Below are positions 20,614 to 30,049 of a stretch of 64,000 nucleotides of DNA, one piece after another. Below the pieces are notes generated by a model. That model was not told the DNA's origin, ran no database searches, and saw only the letters and a list, made by a program, of their open reading frames with translations. The DNA is from Acidimicrobiaceae bacterium (GTDB taxonomy: Bacteria > Actinomycetota > Acidimicrobiia > Acidimicrobiales > Aldehydirespiratoraceae). A program made the translations under genes and the position numbers. Within the stretch, counting starts at the first letter, position 1. The number at the start of each line of letters is the position of its first letter. The DNA lies in NCBI GenBank assembly GCA_026706815.1, contig JAPOYA010000001.1, positions 36,808-100,807 on the forward strand, written 5' to 3'.

Positions 20614-22560
20614 TCAGGAGGTCGATGAATGGATGATTTCCAGGATGCGGGGGCCGAAGCGGCGGGCCATGTTGGGACCGATGATGGCGGCGAGTTCCGC
20701 ATTGGTGGACGGTTCCTGCTCGGCTATGCGGCGCAACGTGCTGTCGTGCAATACCGACCGAGGCGTGATCCGGGCAGTCTTGGCGACACCCTCGCGCCAA
20801 TGCCGCAGTTCGGTCAGGAGTTCTCTGGTGCGGTCGCCCGGCTCGCCGGGGGAGCTCGGCTCTTCCAAGCGCTCGAGCAATTCGACAACCTCGTCAGGTG
20901 GGCCCACCGGGTCTTGGGACTTGTCGGCTGCGAAGGCCTCCAACCAGGGAGAGGGGGCTCGCTCGACGAGTGCGCCTCCCACCATTCGGCTTGAACACCA
21001 CATGACGTGGAGCTCCTGGCGGGCTCTGGTGGCCGCGACATAGAGCAAACGCTGCTCCTCTTGGCGTGCGGCTTGCGAGCGGGCATAAGCCACCGGAACC
21101 AACCCGTCCTCAATGCCGACTAGATGAACCACGGGCCACTCAAGTCCCTTGGCAGCGTGGAACGTGCAGAGTTCGACAGCATCCACAGCCGCTCCGACAC
21201 GATCATCACTGCGCAACGACGCCGTGAAATCGGCGACCGTGGAGCTCGGCTCAAGCACAAGATGATCCTGTGCCAGGCCGATGAGCGTCTCGACCGAGCC
21301 GACCTGCTCGGGATCGAGGCCCCGGTCCTGTTCACGCATTCGCTCGTCGGCCAGGACCGTGGAGAGCGCGGCATCGTTGGGCCAGCGGCTCAACACGTCG
21401 ACGATCTCGGGGCGACGCAGCACACCGTTGTCACGAGTTCGAGTCGGCACTCCCGAAGCCTTCAGCTGCGCTTGCAGAACCGGCAGCTGAGCGTTGGTGC
21501 GGGCCAGCACCGCCTGGTCCCGCCATGGCCTGCCCGCCTGGCGTCGGGCACGCACGGCTCGGGCCAACGCCGAGCCCTCGTCGTCACCGGCAGTCGCGGT
21601 CACAGTGGGCGGGTCGCCAGAGACCCGAGCGGCGGGTTGCGGTTCGCGCAGCAGCACCCGGGCAGCGGCGCTGAGCACTTCCGGGGTCGAGCGAAAGTTG
21701 GTCCGCAGCTTCACCACGGCGATTCCGGGAAAGTGCTGGCCGACGCGGCCGATGAAATCCGGATCGGCCCCGTTCCAGCCATATATGGCCTGGTCTGGGT
21801 CACCCACCAGAGCGAGCGACGACTGGGGGCCGAGCCACGCCCGCAAGACCGCGAACTGAAGGGGATTGACATCTTGGAACTCGTCGACGAACAGGTGCTG
21901 GTAGTACCAGCGTTGAGCGTCGGCGAACGCCTTCTGCCGGGTCAATACGGCATGGCAGAGAGCCAGCACATCGTCGAAGTCGATGACCCGGCGTGTTCGC
22001 TTGGCCTCCTGGTAGGCGCCATAAGCCGATGCGGTGAAATCGGCGCTCTGCGGGGGTCGGCGCCGGGCCCGGCCGGCTTCATCGGCGTAGCGCTCCGGGG
22101 TGATCAACCGGGCTCGAGCCCAGCCGATTTCGGTGTTGAGAGCCGCGATGGCCGCCTGCTCGAGGTTCGGGTTCGACTTCGCCAACAACGAGAATCGGCT
22201 TGCCGAGAGCTTCATATGAGATTGTTCGCAGTGATCCCAGTAGCGCCGCAGCAACGCCAGAGCCGCCGAGTGGAAGGTCCCGGCCGCCACTTCCTCCCGC
22301 ATCCCCAGGGTTCGCAGCCTCGACCGCAGCTCGGACGCGGCCCGCCGGGTGAAAGTCAGTACCAGAACGCGACGAGGGTCGATGTTGCCTTGCGCCGACT
22401 GCCAGGCCACTCGACGAGTCAGCACCCGGGTCTTGCCGGATCCTGCGCCCGCCATAATGCAGAGCGGTGAGGCGGAGGTGGTCACCGCGTCGCGTTGCTC
22501 TTCGGTCAACCCCGCCAGCAGCGTTTCGGCGGGGTCAAAAGAGTGGTCCGGCGCGATCAT
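20614..22560 (-). CDS. uvrD2: UvrD-family helicase with HRDC domain (UvrD2)
   Basis: AGAGSGKT, VDEFQD, VGDPDQAIY, TFHAAKGLEW, LYVAATRA, C-terminal HRDC-like LRHWR. Confidence 0.9.
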   Translation of the reverse strand: MIAPDHSFDPAETLLAGLTEEQRDAVTTSASPLCIMAGAGSGKTRVLTRRVAWQSAQGNIDPRRVLVLTFTRRAASELRSRLRTLGMREEVAAGTFHSAALALLRRYWDHCEQSHMKLSASRFSLLAKSNPNLEQAAIAALNTEIGWARARLITPERYADEAGRARRRPPQSADFTASAYGAYQEAKRTRRVIDFDDVLALCHAVLTRQKAFADAQRWYYQHLFVDEFQDVNPLQFAVLRAWLGPQSSLALVGDPDQAIYGWNGADPDFIGRVGQHFPGIAVVKLRTNFRSTPEVLSAAARVLLREPQPAARVSGDPPTVTATAGDDEGSALARAVRARRQAGRPWRDQAVLARTNAQLPVLQAQLKASGVPTRTRDNGVLRRPEIVDVLSRWPNDAALSTVLADERMREQDRGLDPEQVGSVETLIGLAQDHLVLEPSSTVADFTASLRSDDRVGAAVDAVELCTFHAAKGLEWPVVHLVGIEDGLVPVAYARSQAARQEEQRLLYVAATRARQELHVMWCSSRMVGGALVERAPSPWLEAFAADKSQDPVGPPDEVVELLERLEEPSSPGEPGDRTRELLTELRHWREGVAKTARITPRSVLHDSTLRRIAEQEPSTNAELAAIIGPNMARRFGPRILEIIHSSTS

Positions 22561-22617
22561 TCCCGCACCTTAGAACGCGCGCAAATAAGTGAGAGCTTTC
22601 GAGCAGCAATGCGTTAT

Positions 22618-22667
22618 CCCCCGCTCTTTGTTCGCTTCGCTCACAGGGCCGCTCGGGCCACGGCCCC
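22618..22667 (-). repeat. Dispersed intergenic repeat, copy 1
   Basis: Reverse complement GGCCCGAGCGGCCCTGTGAGCGAAGCGAACAAAGAGCGG matches the copies near 32271 and 36246. Confidence 0.8.
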
Positions 22668-22747
22668 GCAAATCAAGCTGCTGCGATTCAAAATCCTGTC
22701 GCCTATTTGCGGGGCCTCTTAGCGAGCAGATCGTTAGCCTCTGGCAG

Positions 22748-23092
22748 GTGGAACCGCTGAACCCGCTGCGTTTTGAACGGTTGGTGGCTGAAGTCATCGA
22801 TGCGCTTCCGCCGGAGCTGGGGAGCATGATGGAGAACGTTGCGGTCGTGGTCGAAGATCGGCATCCGACAGAGGACCTTCTCGGCTTGTACGAGGGCGTT
22901 CCGCTCACTGAGCGGGAAACCTACGGCGCCTTCGAGATGCCCGACAAGATCAGCGTCTACCGGCTGCCGCTGTGCGAGATGTGCCGAGACGAAACCGAAC
23001 TGGCGGACGAGATCGAAATTACTGTCATCCACGAGATCGCCCATCACTTCGGCATCGATGACGACTCGCTGCACACAATGGGTTGGGGTTAG
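22748..23092 (+). CDS. Zincin-like minimal metallopeptidase (DUF1025 type)
   Basis: LLGLYEGVPL, PDKISVYR, TVIHEIAHHFGI (HExxH). Confidence 0.9.
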   Translation: MEPLNPLRFERLVAEVIDALPPELGSMMENVAVVVEDRHPTEDLLGLYEGVPLTERETYGAFEMPDKISVYRLPLCEMCRDETELADEIEITVIHEIAHHFGIDDDSLHTMGWG

Positions 23093-23141
23093 GACGCAGG
23101 TCGGGATTGAGGCGCGGTCGGGGTTAGGACGCGGGTCGGGG

Positions 23142-24092
23142 TCAAGACGCCTGACTGAGGCGCGCCACGCGGCTCGGGTCGATTCTCAAGTGGACACGGT
23201 CGCCCGCCGCGGCGGCTTCACCGACGCGGAAGCGGAGTTCGCCCAGCGCAGTGTCGACAGTCAGGTCGTAGTAGCCGCCCCTGAAACGCGAAGCGACCAC
23301 TGTCCCCTCCAGTTCGCCGTCAGCGGCGACCGTCGCGGCGTCGCGGCGGATCACCTCGAGTCGCGGACCACGGGTCACGATGTTGCGATGACCCAGGAAC
23401 TCAGCGACCGCGACCGTACGCGGATCGGCCCAAACCTCTCCGGGAGGCCCGACCCGCAGGATGCGCCCCGACTCCATCACCACGAGCCGGTCGGCAAGGC
23501 TGAACGCCTCGTCGTGATCATGGGTCACATGAATAGCCGTCGTGCCCGCCTCAGAGAGAACCTGAGGCAACTCGTCAGTCAAACGGTCGCGCAGACCGCG
23601 GTCAAGCGAGCCGAACGGCTCGTCAAGCAACAGCAGGGAGGGGTTCGGCGCCAAGGACCTCGCCAAAGCCACCCGCTGCGCCTCTCCCCCCGACAGAGTC
23701 GCGACGTCTCGGGACTCGAAACCGCCAAGACCCACCAGCGCCAACAGATCACGGACCCGTTGCGCCCTCTGAGCCGGCGCCAAGCCCGCCATGCGCAGGC
23801 CGAACTCGACGTTGCCCGCCACATCATGATGCGGAAACAAAGTGCGTTGCTGGAACATCAGACCGATGCCCCTTTGATGCGGCAGCAGTGCGACGGCGTC
23901 CGCCCCGTTGATCAGGACTCGGCCGGAATCGGGTTTTTGGAGTCCGGCGACGACTCGCAGCATCGTCGACTTGCCGCAACCGCTGGGACCGAGGATCACC
24001 ACCAGTTCACCACTGGAGATTTCAAGCGACGCGTTGTCGACGGCCGACACGTTGCCGAAACGAACCGATACCGAATCCAGTTCCCAGTTCAC
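23142..24092 (-). CDS. thiQ: ABC transporter ATP-binding subunit (thiamine)
   Basis: GPSGCGKS, LSGGEAQR, LLDEP. Last gene of the TPP-riboswitch operon; start could be up to 24185. Confidence 0.8.
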   Translation of the reverse strand: MNWELDSVSVRFGNVSAVDNASLEISSGELVVILGPSGCGKSTMLRVVAGLQKPDSGRVLINGADAVALLPHQRGIGLMFQQRTLFPHHDVAGNVEFGLRMAGLAPAQRAQRVRDLLALVGLGGFESRDVATLSGGEAQRVALARSLAPNPSLLLLDEPFGSLDRGLRDRLTDELPQVLSEAGTTAIHVTHDHDEAFSLADRLVVMESGRILRVGPPGEVWADPRTVAVAEFLGHRNIVTRGPRLEVIRRDAATVAADGELEGTVVASRFRGGYYDLTVDTALGELRFRVGEAAAAGDRVHLRIDPSRVARLSQAS

Positions 24093-24159
24093 GGCGTTCC
24101 CCGGTTCACGGCGTTCCCCCGGTTCACGGCGTTCCCTCCGGTTCACGGCATCCACCGGC

Positions 24160-25797
24160 TCACAGGAAGTCCTGTTCGGTTCCACGAGCCGCTTCGATCG
24201 CCACCACTGACAGGGCTACGACGGCCATCAGCACGACGGCCAGCGCCATTGCCTGCCCCCGCAGCAAATCGCCGGGAGTCGACAGCAGTCGGAACAGCGC
24301 CAGGGGAGCAGTGAGGGTCTCGGGACGGCGGGGCAGAAACGAAGTCGCCCCGAATTCACCAAGCGACACGGCGAAGGCGAAACCAGCCCCGACCAACATT
24401 CCCCGGCCCGCGATCGGCAGGTCGACGAGGCGGCGCACTCGTCCGGGGGAGGCGCCCAGCACGGCTGCCGCCTCGCGGATCTGCGGATCGATCCGACGCA
24501 GCACCGGAACCATGGTCCGCACCACGAACGGCGTTCCAACCAGGGCGTGGGCAATCGGAATGATCCACCGCGAAGTACGCAGATCGAGCGGTGGTTCGTC
24601 GAGAGCGATGAGAATCCCGAACCCGATGGTCACAGCCGATGTTCCGAGCGGAAGGGTCAGGCCCAAGTCGAAAATACGGCGGAGGCTCAAGCGTCCGTGG
24701 ACCACCACGAACGCGGTCAGCGTGCCGACCGTCAACGCCATCGCCGCGGCAGTGACCGCGAAGGCCAAAGAGGTGCCCAACGCGGTCGCTGCCGAAGCCG
24801 GAAGCTGGGGAACACGTTCGGTCAGTGCCCGATAGTGGTCGAGCCCGTAGCCGTCGCCGACGGCCAGTGAGCGTTCGACGAGGATCGCTATCGGTCCGCC
24901 GAGCAGGACCGCCATCATCGCTGAGCTCGCCCACATGAAGGCCCGGCGCGGCGGCTTCGGCGGGCGATGAACGACCCCTGTCGGCGCCGGCCGCCGGCGC
25001 TCGAGTCGAGTGGCCGCTGCGATCAGAGCCAGCACCGTGAAGAGTTGCAGCAGAGCCAGAGCCGCCGCGGAGCGAAGGTCGCCGCGGGTGACGGCTTGAC
25101 GATAGATCTCCGTTTCCAGAGTCGCCCGACGCGGTCCGCCGAGCAGCAGGACTACTCCGAATGAGGTGAACGAGAAGAGGAAGACGATCGCGCAAGCCGA
25201 GGCGACGGCCGGCCGCAGCCTCGGCAGCGTCACCGCCCAGAACGTCTGGATCGGTCCGGCCCCCAGCACGCGGGCCTGCTCCTCGAGATGGTGGTCCAGA
25301 CCGCTCCAGAACGACCCGACAATGCGCACCACCACCGCGTAGTTGAAGAACACATGTGCGAGCAGGACCGCCCACACCGTATGCCGCAGACGAAAGTCGC
25401 CCTGATCGAGTCCGAACCGGAAGAAGAGCCCTTCGAAGGCGCCGGCGACCACCACCGTCGGAAGCACGAAGGGCACGGTGACCAGCCCTCGGACCAAGTG
25501 TCGCCGCCGACTCCTCAGCCGGGAAACGAGCGCCGCCGCCGGCAGCGCCACCACCAGCGTGATCGCGGTGGAGACCAGCGCCTGCCAAACGGTGAACCAA
25601 ACGACGCCGCGGGTCCGCGGCGAAGCGAACAGGTCTGACATCGGCCTGAGCCCCTCCTCGCCGAGGCCGCGCCACAGGATCGCCCCGACCGGATACACGA
25701 AGAACACCGCCAAGAAGGCTGCGGGCACCCCGACCGCAACCCAACGGGCGGCAAGTCCCCCTATCCGAGGACGATTTCGACCCACCGGTCCGTCCAT
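24160..25797 (-). CDS. thiP: ABC transporter permease (thiamine)
   Basis: Two EAA loops (EEQARVLGA, EAAAVLGA), PFVLPTVV, SLGEFGAT. Confidence 0.85.
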   Translation of the reverse strand: MDGPVGRNRPRIGGLAARWVAVGVPAAFLAVFFVYPVGAILWRGLGEEGLRPMSDLFASPRTRGVVWFTVWQALVSTAITLVVALPAAALVSRLRSRRRHLVRGLVTVPFVLPTVVVAGAFEGLFFRFGLDQGDFRLRHTVWAVLLAHVFFNYAVVVRIVGSFWSGLDHHLEEQARVLGAGPIQTFWAVTLPRLRPAVASACAIVFLFSFTSFGVVLLLGGPRRATLETEIYRQAVTRGDLRSAAALALLQLFTVLALIAAATRLERRRPAPTGVVHRPPKPPRRAFMWASSAMMAVLLGGPIAILVERSLAVGDGYGLDHYRALTERVPQLPASAATALGTSLAFAVTAAAMALTVGTLTAFVVVHGRLSLRRIFDLGLTLPLGTSAVTIGFGILIALDEPPLDLRTSRWIIPIAHALVGTPFVVRTMVPVLRRIDPQIREAAAVLGASPGRVRRLVDLPIAGRGMLVGAGFAFAVSLGEFGATSFLPRRPETLTAPLALFRLLSTPGDLLRGQAMALAVVLMAVVALSVVAIEAARGTEQDFL

Positions 25798-26948
25798 TCA
25801 TCGCGGTGAGCCTCGATATCGGCGGGATCGACGAACAGCGGATCATCAGCGATCTGTGCGTGATCGACGAAGGCCTGCGGCAGCGTGGCGCTGTTCGCCA
25901 CGGGGAACACGAACATGTTGAGCGGCACATCGTCTTGGAAGACAGGCGTGAGCATGAAGTCGATCAACGCCTGAGCCTCTTGGGGGTGGTCGGTCCCCGA
26001 CAGGACCCCTGCGAACTCGATCTGGCGGAAACACGAATCGAGAAGCACCCGGGTCGGAGGGGCGTCGATGGGAGAGCTCGCATAGATCACCTCCGCCGGC
26101 GGGCTCGAGGCGTAGGAGACGACCATCGAGCGATCCCCCCCGCCGGAGATGAACTCTCCGTAGTAGGCGTCCTCCCAACCTGCTGTGACCGCAACGCCGT
26201 TGTCCGCAAGATCAGCCCAGAACTGTTCCCAGTCGTCGGTTCCGGCGATCGTGGCCAGCAGGAAGGCCAGGCCCGGCGAGGAGGTCTCAGGGTTCTGTAC
26301 CACGAGTTGACCGGCGAACTCCGGCGCGGTCAGATCTTCGATGGCTGTGGGGGGATCGGCCGGCAGCGCATCGGTCCAGTAGTTGATGCACACATCGCCG
26401 AAATCGATTGGAGTGACCCGGTTCCGGGGGTCGAGTTTGAACATGTCGGGAACGTCGGCGAGGTTGGGCGACTCGTAGGGCTCGAACAACTCGGCGTTGA
26501 GTGCACGTGCCAGGAAGGTGTTGTCGACGCCGAACATCACGTCGCCGAGCGGATTGCCGGCGGTGAGGATCGCCTCGCTCACCATCGTCCCCGTGTCGCC
26601 CGCATGCAGAAGCGTTACTTCAATGCCGGTCTGCGCGGTGAAGGCCTCGAGGGTTTCGTCGGAAAGAGCGAACGAATCGTGGGTGAGCAGGGTGATGCCC
26701 GAAGGGTCGGCGGGGGGCTCGCTGCCGCCTGTTGCCGCATATTGTGAACTTGGGGCGGCGCCGTCTACGGCAACGCCCGCGTCCGTTGGGGAGACGGTGT
26801 CGCCGACGTCGTCGTCATTGCCGCAGGCCGCGCCTGTCAAGACGATGACGACGAAGCCGATGAGCCCGGCGACAAGGCTTGTCAGAAAGCGTGGTCTCAG
26901 AGAGTGCGGTCTCAGAGAGCGTGGTCTCAGAGAGTGCGGTCGAGTCAT
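25761..26948 (-). CDS. thiB: Thiamine ABC transporter substrate-binding lipoprotein
   Basis: LLTHDSF, GDVMFGVDN, TSSPGLAFL, SYASSP, CFRQIEFAG; lipobox-like GAAC. Confidence 0.9.
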   Translation of the reverse strand: MTRPHSLRPRSLRPHSLRPRFLTSLVAGLIGFVVIVLTGAACGNDDDVGDTVSPTDAGVAVDGAAPSSQYAATGGSEPPADPSGITLLTHDSFALSDETLEAFTAQTGIEVTLLHAGDTGTMVSEAILTAGNPLGDVMFGVDNTFLARALNAELFEPYESPNLADVPDMFKLDPRNRVTPIDFGDVCINYWTDALPADPPTAIEDLTAPEFAGQLVVQNPETSSPGLAFLLATIAGTDDWEQFWADLADNGVAVTAGWEDAYYGEFISGGGDRSMVVSYASSPPAEVIYASSPIDAPPTRVLLDSCFRQIEFAGVLSGTDHPQEAQALIDFMLTPVFQDDVPLNMFVFPVANSATLPQAFVDHAQIADDPLFVDPADIEAHRDEWTDRWVEIVLG

Positions 26949-26950
26949 GG

Positions 26951-27047
26951 CTTCCTCCGCTGGCATTACCCAGATCAGGTTCTTGCGGGTCGCCGACGCG
27001 GACGGTCGACCTCTCAGCCCGGCTGCCCCGAGCTCCCCGGAATCGTA
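26951..27047 (-). promoter_or_regulatory. TPP (THI-box) riboswitch
   Basis: Minus strand GGGGAGC...GGGCTGAGAG...GACCC..GAACCTGATCTGGGTAATGCCAGCGGAGG directly upstream of the thiB ATG. Confidence 0.93.
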
Positions 27048-27140
27048 TGCAGGGGCCGAGTGTAGCCCGAAGAGAGCAATGCGTGGGGGAAGCAATGCGT
27101 GGGGAGCAATACGCGCCGCGGGCGGGCATGCTTGTCAGCC

Positions 27141-27977
27141 ATGCCGCGAGCTGACAACGGTTCCATCGAAATCGAGTACGAAACGTTCGGATCGCGCGAC
27201 GATCCGGCGTTGATCTGCATCCCGGGCCTCGGCAGCCAACTGCTGTCGTACCCCGTTGAGTTGTGCCTAGCGTTCGCGGACCGCGGGTTCTTCGTGATCC
27301 GAATGGACAACCGCGACGCCGGGCTGTCGTCGATGAGCAGTGATGACGACAGCTACACGCTCGATGACATGGCCGACGATGTGGTGGCTGTTCTGGACCA
27401 CGCCGAAGCAGCAGACGCGGTGGTGCTGGGAGTTTCGATGGGTGGAATGATCGCCCAGGCCACCGCGATCAGACATCCACAGCGCACCCGAGCGCTCGTG
27501 TCGATCATGTCGACCACCGGCGAGCCCGACGTCGGCAACCCCGCACTCGATGCCTGGGACGCGCTCACTGCACCCCCCGAAGACTCCATCGAGGCCCAGA
27601 TCGAAGCTGATGTGAAAGCCGGCCGGATCTGGTCCAACCCAGAATGGTTCGACCCCGAGACTCTGAGGTCCGACCTCGCGGCGGGATATCAGCGGGCTTG
27701 GAACCCGGGCGCGGCGCAGAGGCAGATGAACGCCATCATGGCCAGTGGCGACCGCGTCGCCGGCCTGTCTGAGCTGGCCGTGCCTGCGCTGGTCATCCAC
27801 GGCGGATCGGACACGCTCATAGCTCCGTCGGGAGGCGCGCGGACCGCTGAACTGATCAGTGGCTCCCGTTACCTGCTGATCGAGGAGATGTCCCACGATT
27901 TCGTGCCCCAGGCTTGGCCGGCGGTGGTTGAAGCGGTCACCGCGCTCGCGGCCGACGCCTTCGGCTCCCGCGGTTAG
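27141..27977 (+). CDS. Alpha/beta-fold hydrolase
   Basis: DNRDAGLS, GVSMGGMI, VIHGGSDTLI, MSHD. Confidence 0.9.
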   Translation: MPRADNGSIEIEYETFGSRDDPALICIPGLGSQLLSYPVELCLAFADRGFFVIRMDNRDAGLSSMSSDDDSYTLDDMADDVVAVLDHAEAADAVVLGVSMGGMIAQATAIRHPQRTRALVSIMSTTGEPDVGNPALDAWDALTAPPEDSIEAQIEADVKAGRIWSNPEWFDPETLRSDLAAGYQRAWNPGAAQRQMNAIMASGDRVAGLSELAVPALVIHGGSDTLIAPSGGARTAELISGSRYLLIEEMSHDFVPQAWPAVVEAVTALAADAFGSRG

Positions 27978-28036
27978 CTGCAGCCCGCTGCTCGGGTAGG
28001 GTCCGGTCAGCCACCACGACACCAGGAGAACAACCG

Positions 28037-29179
28037 ATGGGTCCGCTAGACGGCGTGAGAATTGTTGAGATCGCGGGAATCGGGCCGGGCCCGTTCTGCG
28101 CCATGATGCTGGCCGACATGGGCGCCGACGTGATCCGTGTCGACCGGGCCGACCGGGTGCGCGGCGGAAACCCGGACCATCCGCCCGCCGATGTCATGAA
28201 CCGTGGACGCCGCTCAATCGGCGTCGACCTCAAGTCCGCCGAAGGGGTCGAAGTCGTGATGCGCTTGGTTGAGTCCAGCGACGGCCTGATCGAGGGGTTC
28301 CGGCCGGGTGTGGCCGAACGCCTCGGCATCGGTCCCGACGAGTGTCTCGCCCGCAACCCTGCTTTGGCCTACGGACGCATGACCGGCTGGGGCCAGAACG
28401 GCCCCTATGCAACAACAGCGGGTCACGACATCAACTATGTGGCGCTCTCGGGCACGTTGGACGCAATCGGCCGAGTCGATTCCGGCCCTGTGCCCCCTCT
28501 CAACCTCATCGGCGACTTCGGAGGCGGAGGCATGTATCTCGCCTTCGGCCTGGTCTGCGCGATCCTTGAAGCCGGAAACTCCGGGAGAGGGCAAGTTGTC
28601 GATGCCGCGATGGTCGACGGATCGGCGTCGTTGGCCACCTTCTTCTATGGGCTGCGGGCGATGGGCATCTGGGAGGACCGACGCGGAACCAACATGCTCG
28701 ACACGGGGGCGCACTACTACGACGTCTATGAATGCGCCGACGGAAAATACGTGTCGATCGGCTCGATCGAGGGTCAGTTCTACGCCGAGCTCCGCGAGAA
28801 ACTCGGACTCGACGACGACAAATGGGACGACCAGAACGACAAGCGCCGATGGGCTGACCGCAAAACTGAGCTCGCCGCTATTCTCAAAACCCGCACCCGC
28901 GACGAATGGAGTGCATTGATCGAAGGTTCCGATGTGTGTTTCGCCCCGGTGCTGTCAATGGCCGAGGCGCCCCATCATTCCCACAATCGTGAGCGAGGGA
29001 CGTTCACCGAAGTGGCCGGCGTGGTTCAGCCTCGCCCGGCCCCGCGGTTCAGCCGCACCGACGGAGAAATCACGCGACCGCCGCCGCACGCCGGTCAACA
29101 CAGCGACGAACTGCTCGCGGAGTGCGGATTCAGCCTCGACGAGGTCGCAGCGCTGCGTTCGGCGGGTGCCGTTGCCTGA
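28037..29179 (+). CDS. mcr: CaiB/BaiF family, alpha-methylacyl-CoA racemase
   Basis: AGIGPGPFCAMMLADMGA, EGFRPGVAERLG, AGHDINY, GDFGGGG. Confidence 0.88.
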   Translation: MGPLDGVRIVEIAGIGPGPFCAMMLADMGADVIRVDRADRVRGGNPDHPPADVMNRGRRSIGVDLKSAEGVEVVMRLVESSDGLIEGFRPGVAERLGIGPDECLARNPALAYGRMTGWGQNGPYATTAGHDINYVALSGTLDAIGRVDSGPVPPLNLIGDFGGGGMYLAFGLVCAILEAGNSGRGQVVDAAMVDGSASLATFFYGLRAMGIWEDRRGTNMLDTGAHYYDVYECADGKYVSIGSIEGQFYAELREKLGLDDDKWDDQNDKRRWADRKTELAAILKTRTRDEWSALIEGSDVCFAPVLSMAEAPHHSHNRERGTFTEVAGVVQPRPAPRFSRTDGEITRPPPHAGQHSDELLAECGFSLDEVAALRSAGAVA

Positions 29180-29185
29180 GTCTTC

Positions 29186-29539
29186 GTGATCCACGACCTC
29201 CATGAGATCGGCGGCTGGCTGCTCATCGCAGCCAACGGCGCAGTCGGGATCTGGGCGCTGCTGGCCCATCGCTATGAGCGACTGCGCGGCAGGCCGTGTT
29301 GGATTGCGATCGGCGTCGCGCAGCTGACCGTCGTCGCCCAGACCCTGACCGGGGCGGCGATCCAGGTCGAGAACGAAGGTCTGGGCGGCCAGCATGATCT
29401 GTACGGATTCGCGGCCTTCGTCTCAGTCGGGATAATTTTCGCGTACCGCAACGAGATGCGCGACCGCCCGTATCTGTTGTTCGGACTCGGGAGCCTGTGG
29501 CTGATGGGCCTCGGGATCCGCGCGATCTTGCTGGTATGA
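29186..29539 (+). CDS. Hypothetical 4-TM membrane protein
   Basis: Four hydrophobic segments; ends LMGLGIRAIL. Confidence 0.7.
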   Translation: MIHDLHEIGGWLLIAANGAVGIWALLAHRYERLRGRPCWIAIGVAQLTVVAQTLTGAAIQVENEGLGGQHDLYGFAAFVSVGIIFAYRNEMRDRPYLLFGLGSLWLMGLGIRAILLV

Positions 29540-29592
29540 GAGTGCTGGTATGAGAGCGCTCTGAGCAGAAGCGGCTGTGATCAGATCCTGGC

Positions 29593-29829
29593 TCAGATCC
29601 TGACGATGGGGCACAGCAGAGTGCGCTCGACCCCGGCAATGCCCTGCACGGCGTGTACCACGATCTGGCCCAGATCCTCCATCGAGCTTGCTTCCGCGCG
29701 CGCGATCACATCGTATGGGCCCATTGCCACCTCCGCAGAGACGACCTCGTCGAGGTCGGCTGTGGCGTCGGCCACGTCGACGGCGGTGCCGACGCTGGCT
29801 TGGATCAAGATGTAAGCGCTTACTGACAT
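29593..29829 (-). CDS. Lrp/AsnC ligand-binding domain protein
   Basis: AYILIQASVG..MGPYDVIAR..VERTLLCPIV. Confidence 0.88.
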   Translation of the reverse strand: MSVSAYILIQASVGTAVDVADATADLDEVVSAEVAMGPYDVIARAEASSMEDLGQIVVHAVQGIAGVERTLLCPIVRI

Positions 29830-30049
29830 GGGATCTCCTGTGGTTCTCTCAGTCTGTTTGAGGCCTGGTTTTGAGCCTGATCGGCCATCAATTGCAACGA
29901 TGAATTCCATCACTGAACGATGTCGGCCCGACTTCGTTCTCGCCCGGCGATCAGTTTATGGTAATCGCGGGATCGTGGCTGCTCAACCGACGCGGTCGGT
30001 CGTCGGCTCGATCGTTAGACAGAGGGTTCGACAGAGGGGGAGTCCCTAC

